Assembly (NCBI RefSeq): GCF_009914755.1 | Contig: NC_060931.1 | Length of the DNA: 64,000 nucleotides | DNA from: the human T2T-CHM13v2.0 reference genome, Homo sapiens | Direction: 5' to 3' (one strand) | In this document: positions 56,770 through 64,000 of the stretch, in pieces | How the letters are laid out: each line of letters opens with the position of its first letter | Position numbering within the stretch: the stretch's first letter is position 1 | Notes under the pieces: model-generated | The model's input: the letters and a program-made list of their open reading frames with translations, nothing else | Databases searched by the model: none | What the model was told of the DNA's origin: nothing | Made by a program: the position numbers and the translations under genes

Positions 56770-57884
56770 ACTTCTATCTGTGCTTGTTCTAAGAGTGGAT
56801 CAGATCTCAACAGTGCAACAGGGAGGCTTGCTGGGAGGCTGGAGTCTAACCAGGGTGAGCGTCTCATAGTGGAGAAGGGGCAAGGAAAGTCTCAAATGTC
56901 TGGCCTTGAGACTAAAACCTTAGAACTCAATGGTGTTATGGGAGTGAGAATCTCCTGTTTCAGGATTGGAGTTGCATATACACCAACCTCATAGATGATG
57001 CTTAAGTTGCCAATCAGGTTGTTAATTTAACCTGAGAAGGAGCTCTCACCCAGACATGCTGGGGGAACCGGTAGGATGTTGCCAATCCTCAGAGGAAGCC
57101 AAGTCTGGCTCAGAAGTCTTACCTCTCTAAGCACAGACCAAGCGGAATGAGGTATAGTATTTGAATATGCTAGGAAGTCAGACTGTGGGAGCCTACAGTG
57201 ATTATCTCAACGATTGAGTTATATATTCTCCTGGGACTGCATAGATTCAGCCCAGGGGCATGGGCACCCACTCTGCCATGTTTCGGTGGGGTAGGAGTGG
57301 AGACATTTGTCCTTTATGCTCACATTGCTGAGCAATCCTCTGATGGACCCTTATCACTCATTTATCTGATGTTATTGTCCTCTAGTAATCCTTGGTCTGG
57401 TTGATGCTGAAATCATTTTGTCTCTGTAGAGGGACTTGATGTGATTCCATTTATGACATTTGTTACACAGTTGAACTCAGGGCTTCTATATCCCTGGTTT
57501 CCTGTGGAGAAAGAAGCACATCACTGTTGCCCACATCTGTGATCTACCTGTGCTAATAGGTTCATGAGTCTTGTGTCACCCTGTTTACACTGAGGAAATG
57601 AAACCAAAGGTATTAGTGTCTCTGAATCAGGTGCCTCTGGAAGGTACAGATACTGGGTGGAATGTTAGGATCATCTCCGTGCTGCAAGATGTCCTCTGGT
57701 CTTCAGGACAGTGTCATGGGAGTGGACCGAAGGTGCCATGTCTGAACAGTCCTGGGCATCAGATTCCCAACTCACCTGGTAGCTAATGAACCTTGAATAT
57801 CAAATGCAGGGAGCCCCACCTACCCACAGGGTGGAGAGTGTGTTTGATAGTAATCTTGTATGTGTGAAGATGGATATTTTATTT

Positions 57885-58260
57885 CCATTAGCTGTGGGCT
57901 CTTGAAAGTGAGCAAAGTTGGTTGTGGTTTAACTGTCCTCGTTTTGTCTTACAACACCCTAGCCACCCCATGCACAGCCCCAACCAGTAGGGGCCGGTTT
58001 GACTTTGAGCATTTTCCATGAATCAACCACATTTGCCAGAGCACGTAAACAAAAGAAGCCTGAGAAAATAAAACACCATCCGCGACATCAGCGCCCTCCC
58101 ACCACCCACTCTGCCTCCTCCACCACCACCACTGCATTCTCTCTCTACATTGCTGAAGTTCGGGGCAGCCCAGCTTGCGTTGGGGAAGGAAATCGCTAAG
58201 AAGTGTGAAACCACAGGAGACATTGCCCAGTACCTCGGCTGGTGATATCAGCCCCACAAA
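57885..58260. promoter_or_regulatory. Candidate T-cell receptor gamma 3' enhancer (E-gamma)
   Basis: RUNX TGTGGTT 57923-57929 abuts Myb TAACTG 57930-57935. STAT5/GAS TTCCATGAA 58014-58022 lies next to RUNX AACCACA 58025-58031, with another AACCACA at 58209-58215. The sequence is non-repetitive and lies on the TRG-facing side of STARD3NL. Confidence 0.65.
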
Positions 58261-59090
58261 GCCCTTAGTGATCTGAAAGTTTCCTCTCCCAGTGCAGAAA
58301 TCATTCCAGATTTCTCTATAGAGGCCAGGTATTTGCCCTAAAGAGATTCAATCAATTCATGAGAATCAAGGAGTAGATCTAAATTAAATTTGATCTTTCT
58401 TAAGTCTGGTTGGTCTTGCTTTGTTTACAAGTAGGATTCTCTACTTGGTTTCCAAAAGAACATGTTTCACAGAAACAAGCTGATTGTAGGCAAACCAGAA
58501 AACCTTCCCAATGTTCAGTAACACATTGTTTTAATTCTAATATATAAAAATGTTTACTTTAAAAGGATTCACCGGAGAAAACAGAAAACACACAATCACT
58601 TATTTTTTCACCCACATACCAACAATGAACATTGTTTTATCTTTGTCTGCAGAAATACACAGACACACATATAAATGAATGGCATGCCTATTTGTGTTAT
58701 TACTCAGTAGAAAAAATGGCCAAAGGACATGAACAAATATGGCACAGAATAATATAAAATAGACCTTAAACATAAAAAGATGTTTATCTTCACTCACAGT
58801 AAGAAAAAAAGCAAATTAAAACCACAATGCAGTACTATTTTTACCTGTCAAATTAGCAAAACCCAACATTAAGCAGTAGGCTGTCAGCACTCACACACAT
58901 TGTGGGAGAAGGGGTTAGGGCCATTTCTATGGAGGGCAGTTTGGCAGTACCCATCAAAATTACCAGTGCATATGTTCAAATGACATAAAACACTATCATT
59001 CATTTCAGCATTTTTTATAATAGCAAAAGACTGGTACTAAACCAAGGCACCGATTGAAAGTATGTTCACCAGTGAAAAATATCTGTATTT

Positions 59091-59396
59091 AGCTGGGCAC
59101 AGTGGCTCACACTTGTAATCCCAGCACTTTGGGAGGCTGAGGTGGGCGAATCACTTGAGGTCAGAAGTTCGGGACCAGCCTGGCCAACCTGGTGAAACCC
59201 TGTCTCTACTAAAAACACAAAAATTAGTTGGGCATGGTGGTGGGAGCCTGTAATCCCAGCTACTCGGGAAGCTGAGGCAGGAGAATCGTTTGAACCCAGG
59301 AGGCAGAGGTTGCAGTGAGCCGAGATCAGCCACTGCACTCCAGCCTGGGCCACAGAGCAAGACTCTGTCTCAAAAACAAAAAAAAGAAAAAAAAAA
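59091..59396 (+). mobile_element. AluS
   Basis: Full sense dimer with A tail. Confidence 0.93.
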
Positions 59397-59684
59397 TACC
59401 TGTAGTGAAGTGCCCCTGTATATAAACATAAAAAGAGCTTTAAGATTTATAAATGGAAAGAGATGTGCAGATTAATATATGCTATATACTCCCTGTGTAA
59501 AAAGGGGAAATGAGAACATATATACATGTACATGGATACTTATATATGTACATCCATATTTAACTAAATAAAAATTGGAGTGTTTTCGAACCATGTAAGT
59601 GTTCAAATGTATTTATCTCACAATAGGATTTATGCTATGAATATTATTTTTCAACTCCATATCTATTTATTTTCCAGTTTTTAA

Positions 59685-60228
59685 CCCATTTCCTTTTTGC
59701 CCCAAGAATACTCATTTCTAATCCTAATGCAACAGAAATGTACATGATGTTACATTAGGATTAGAGAGAAGTTCTGTTTAGAAATAACTCCAAGAACAGT
59801 TTTTGTTTTGTTTTGTTTTTAAGAGAGAGAGAGTCTCACTGTGTCGCCCAGGCTGGAGTGCAGTGGCGTGATCTCAGCTCACTGCAACCTCCGTTCCGCC
59901 TCCGGGTTCAAGTGATGGTCCTGACTCAGCCTCCTGAGTAGCTGGGACTACAGGTGCACGCTGCCACTCCCGGCTAATTTTTTGTATTTTAATAGAGACG
60001 GGGTTTCACCGTGTTGCCCAGGCTGGTCTCGAACTCCTGAGCTCAGGCAGTCCACCCGCCTCAGCCTCCCAAAATGCTAGTATTACAGGCGTGAGCCACT
60101 GCACCCAGCCCAGGAACAGATTTGACATTTTATATTCACGTTGAAAATCAGTCATATTTGCTTCAGCCTCAAAAGAGTGTGTTTATGTAAAAACAGCGAG
60201 CTGCACTTTTTTCTAAATGGGAAATGGG
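59685..60228. mobile_element. MER75-type piggyBac MITE interrupted by an Alu
   Basis: TTAA|CCCATTTCC...GGAAATGGG|TTAA: TIRs with TTAA target duplications. Confidence 0.85.
59800..60110 (-). mobile_element. AluS nested in MER75
   Basis: Full antisense dimer with degenerate TSD caagaacagttt / caggaacagatt. Confidence 0.92.
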
Positions 60229-61232
60229 TTAAAGAATCTATACTTTTTGGAAGATGCGTATTTGTCTATTTATGAATTTCTGATTGTTCACCTGGGTTAA
60301 TTTGGGGCTGTTTGAAATAACACTATCGTGAATGAACATCCTTGCACATAAATCTTGGTACACCCCTTTCGTTTCCTTGGGAAATAAATGGGTCCCATGA
60401 TAAGAACACCTTCCAGGTGGCGTGTGTTCCACCCGTGTGTAGTGAGCTCTGAGATGTTTCCTTACGGCTTGTGTGGAGCACAGCTGGAGTTCAGGCACTA
60501 TTTCAGTCACTTGCTAGCCTCCACCCTGGCTGCATATTAGAATTATGAAAAGAGGATTTTCCAAGGTCCTGATGCCTGGCCCGTGATAAAGGCTCCCATA
60601 AGGAGAGCCCCTGGTAGGATGGATAAGGCAGCAGGTCTTAAGTCAGACAGTCCTGGAATCATGTGAACTCTGGGACTCACTCAGTGGTTAATTGGGCATA
60701 TTTTTTAACCTCGAGATCTGGTTTTCTTATCAGTGAAATGAGCATAATGGCTGTAAGGTGATGCAGTTGAGAGCATTAGAGAGAGAGGACGCAAGCTGCC
60801 AAGCCATATTTCTGCTGCTCAGTAAGTGGTTGGTACTCACTATTCCTCAAACACAACAGAAAAAGCAAATAAATGAAAAAGAACCTAACAAATCATGGTG
60901 CAAGCTACGCATCTACTCAAATAACTTTTCATGGCTAATGAAAATCTTGAATTTCTAGCTGTTTGGCTGAATTATATGGGTGTAGTGTCTCTGGTTATCT
61001 CTTATTACTCAGAATTTCTCACTGGCAGTTATATAGGACTTTGATTAGTATAATGGGGAAAACATTAATCGTGACCTTCTTGAAAGACCAAAAACCTTCA
61101 AAAATAAAATCTATGAGGAAAGGAATTCCAAAACAGTAGAAAGAATAAATAATTAGAAATATTTTGAGAACTGTTGAACTGAAGTTTTACTTTTTTATAG
61201 TTGAGAAATATATGGAGTTTTTTTATATATAG

Positions 61233-61475
<243 letters not shown>

Positions 61476-61889
61476 TGACAAGCGTGTGGAGTATGCTAAC
61501 TCTGTAGTGACTATTGAGATACGTGTTTTTGTGTAGAACTGTATAAATCTTTGCCTAATTTTTCCATTGCACACCTGTGGGCACTGCCTGTTCTGGTACT
61601 TATTTTGTCCAACCATGTGCTTCGGTCTTTAATCACAGAAGTCCTATATGATGGATGGGAGCTCAGCATATAAAAGTCTTCCCAGCATTGACAAATTGGC
61701 AGGTTGGCTTATAACCCTCTAATTATCTGAACAGCATTGGAGCAAGGAGGGGAAATGTGAACAGCCAAAGAGGCAATTTCCTTCCTACTTCATAGCCTAA
61801 TAAGGAAGGACATTTTCATGTGTTAATTGAAACTACAAGTAACCTGTTTTCACTCTAAGAGGAAATAACATAGAAGGTAAGAGCGGAGG

Positions 61890-62110
61890 TCCTGGAGCCT
61901 GGCTGCTTGAGTTCAAATTCCAGCCCTGTTTCTTAGTAGCTGTTTGATTATGCGAAAGTTCTTTAGCCCCCTCTGCCTCAGTTTCCCCATCCATAGAACA
62001 GAGATAATTGTACATATAGAATTTTTGTGAGAATTAAATGAGTGAACACGTCCTTAAGCCAGGACCGGGTACATGGTGGGCACTGTATTTGTGATTGCTA
62101 TCATTACTTC
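61890..62110 (+). mobile_element. MIR
   Basis: MIR core: ctctgcctcagtttccccatc...gtgagaattaaatgag. Confidence 0.8.
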
Positions 62111-62230
62111 CTCAGGGTGGTAATCACTGAATTTGTAACTTTAGGTAGAAATCTGAAATTATTTAATCTAAACACATTCTTCTAAAGACAGATGAACTTA
62201 GGCAATGTGGGATGGTTAAGAACAAATTGT

Positions 62231-62480
62231 GGCCGGTCATGGTGGCTGAAGCCTGTAATCCCAGCACTTTGGGAGGCCGAGTTGGGCGGATCGCCTGAAG
62301 GCAGGACTGAGGTTAGCTGAGTGTGGTGGTGGGCACCTATAATCCCAGCTACTTGGGAAGCTGAGGCAGGAGAATCACTTGAACCTGGAGGTGGAGATTG
62401 CAGTGAGCCAAGATCATGTCACTGCACTCCGGCCTAGGCAACAGAATGAGACTCCTTCTCAAAAAAAGGAAAAGAAAAGA
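62231..62480 (+). mobile_element. Alu with internal deletion
   Basis: The left arm is cut after ggcagga and fused to the right arm; flanked by aagaacaaat repeats. Confidence 0.88.
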
Positions 62481-63126
62481 ACAAATGGTACAGCTTGTTA
62501 GAGCCAGACCAAGTGGCCAGGGCTCTAACTAGCTGTGAAGTGTGACTAGTATTCCTCCCACACCATGTGACCTCCCGATATGTGGTAGCTGTGCCATGGT
62601 GGAAACGTACTGGACCAAGAACAATGCATAACCTTCTTCTACCTCCTACCTCAGAAATGCACGTGGGTGTTCCAGAATCTCCTCCAAGGTGATTCTGCAG
62701 AGCTCTGAGCCTGTTTAGTCTCTGGAAGGAGCTGGGGTGTCAGAATGTTATACATACCCAGAGAGCACCATGAACCGTCCTGCTGTGTCTGAAATTTACA
62801 GTCCATTAGCACCCCCAAAAAGAGCAGCTGCAGATCTAGGACACACACTCACAGGGGTAGAATTTCTATACTCTTTACAGCCAAGGAAGCAATAATGGTA
62901 ATTCCAGAGTAGGCCAATTTTACCCAAAGAGAAAAAACAAATGGGAAATTAGTGACAAACCAGTGGCCTGGAGTGTAGATAAGGAGAAAACACAGGTGCA
63001 CCATTATTTCCTTAAGAAAATTCTCATTGACTCTGGTGAGGATGCCTTTAGTAAAGAAACAACGCATGTTTTGTTTTGTTTTCCCCAGTTGAAAGTCGGT
63101 GAAAGGAAAGACGTGATGTTGGATAA

Positions 63127-63127
<1 letters not shown>

Positions 63128-63157
<30 letters not shown>
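63128..63157. repeat. (TG)n microsatellite
   Basis: Direct observation. Confidence 0.95.
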
Positions 63158-63160
<3 letters not shown>

Positions 63161-63428
63161 AAATATATGGGCTCTGGGTTCAGAGGGACCTAGCTTTAAA
63201 TTACGACTATTACTTTAAAAATAGTGACCTTGAGTAGGTAATTTAATCTTTCTCATCTGTGAACTGTGAGCCTTAATTGTACTGACCTCAACTGGCTCAT
63301 CAAGGATTTCGGATGCCTAGTGCATAGTAGACACTCACTGGGTCCCTATTCCCACCACCTAACCTCTCTGCGGAGAGGTGAGAGTAGAGATAACTGTTAG
63401 TGCTTTTGCATATGTGTGGAATCTACTA

Positions 63429-63888
63429 TGTGAAAGGAAAAGAAAAACTCTGGATCCCAATTCATCATGCTATGTTTTAGAAAAAAATAAGCCAAAAGCT
63501 GGGTCATGTGAGAAGCTGCCTTTCCTTTTGTGCCTAAACAGAGAGCTACAGATGAAAGGTGAAATAGCTCCAGAGGTAGCTACTCTATGTTAACCATATC
63601 TTATGTAAAGTGCTGATTTATTGAGCGCAACATGAATACATAATTGGCAGTTCCCCTACCTGCTCCCTTGCTCTTGCAACATGTGGATAGTTATACCCTC
63701 CCTCTCTCCCCTCCAGCCCACTTTCCTTTTTTAAACATTGAGGCCCTCAATTTCATCTTTGGAGAAAGGTGTAGACCATAGACTGTTTCTGTGATTCCAT
63801 GTTATTTTCTTCTGATCATGCCCTTAGACTAGGCAAAATAAACTTCTAAGTTGATTGAGGCCTGTGTCAGACACTTTTTGGTTTATTA
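63429..63888 (+). mobile_element. ERV1 MER4-group solo LTR (LTR54-like)
   Basis: Starts TGTGAAAGGAAAA, has AATAAA near the 3' end (ggcaaaataaacttc) and ends cagacactttttggttta. Confidence 0.7.
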
Positions 63889-64000
63889 CTGTCTCTAGAG
63901 CACCAACAGTGCGTGCCGATACTGTGGAGGACTTGCATGTGCCAGGTGTCATTAACTCATCTAATCCACATAACTTCAGGAAATGGGGCATTATAACTTC

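Noticed and set aside
59066-59475. Alu-derived ORFs here and at 18254, 26587, 44034 and 61266
   Set aside because: Typical translations of Alu sequence, not genes.

Overview
Primate, very probably human, genomic DNA containing the whole STARD3NL (MENTHO) gene on the + strand. The gene has a CpG-island promoter at about 2.85-3.75 kb, a non-coding exon 1 (donor after 3352) and a 29-kb intron 1. Seven coding exons (32446-53785) splice to a 234-aa MENTAL-domain late-endosomal protein with a phospho-FFAT motif, followed by a 3'UTR-only last exon (54835-~55580). Most of the rest is interspersed repeat: an LTR12 solo LTR upstream, a HERV-K LTR5A-like solo LTR just downstream, a 5'-inverted L1PA with TSDs, plus Alus, L2/MIR and DNA transposons. 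I found no new protein-coding system. The best leads are regulatory or structural. (1) A strong-Kozak uORF has its stop overlapping the main start (AUGA). (2) A perfect 81-bp-arm inverted repeat sits at a templated-insertion scar in intron 1. (3) An inverted Alu pair brackets the in-frame-skippable FFAT exon. (4) A RUNX/Myb/STAT5 cluster at about 58 kb looks like the T-cell receptor gamma 3' enhancer. Repeat subfamily names come from recalled consensus sequences, not from a database search.
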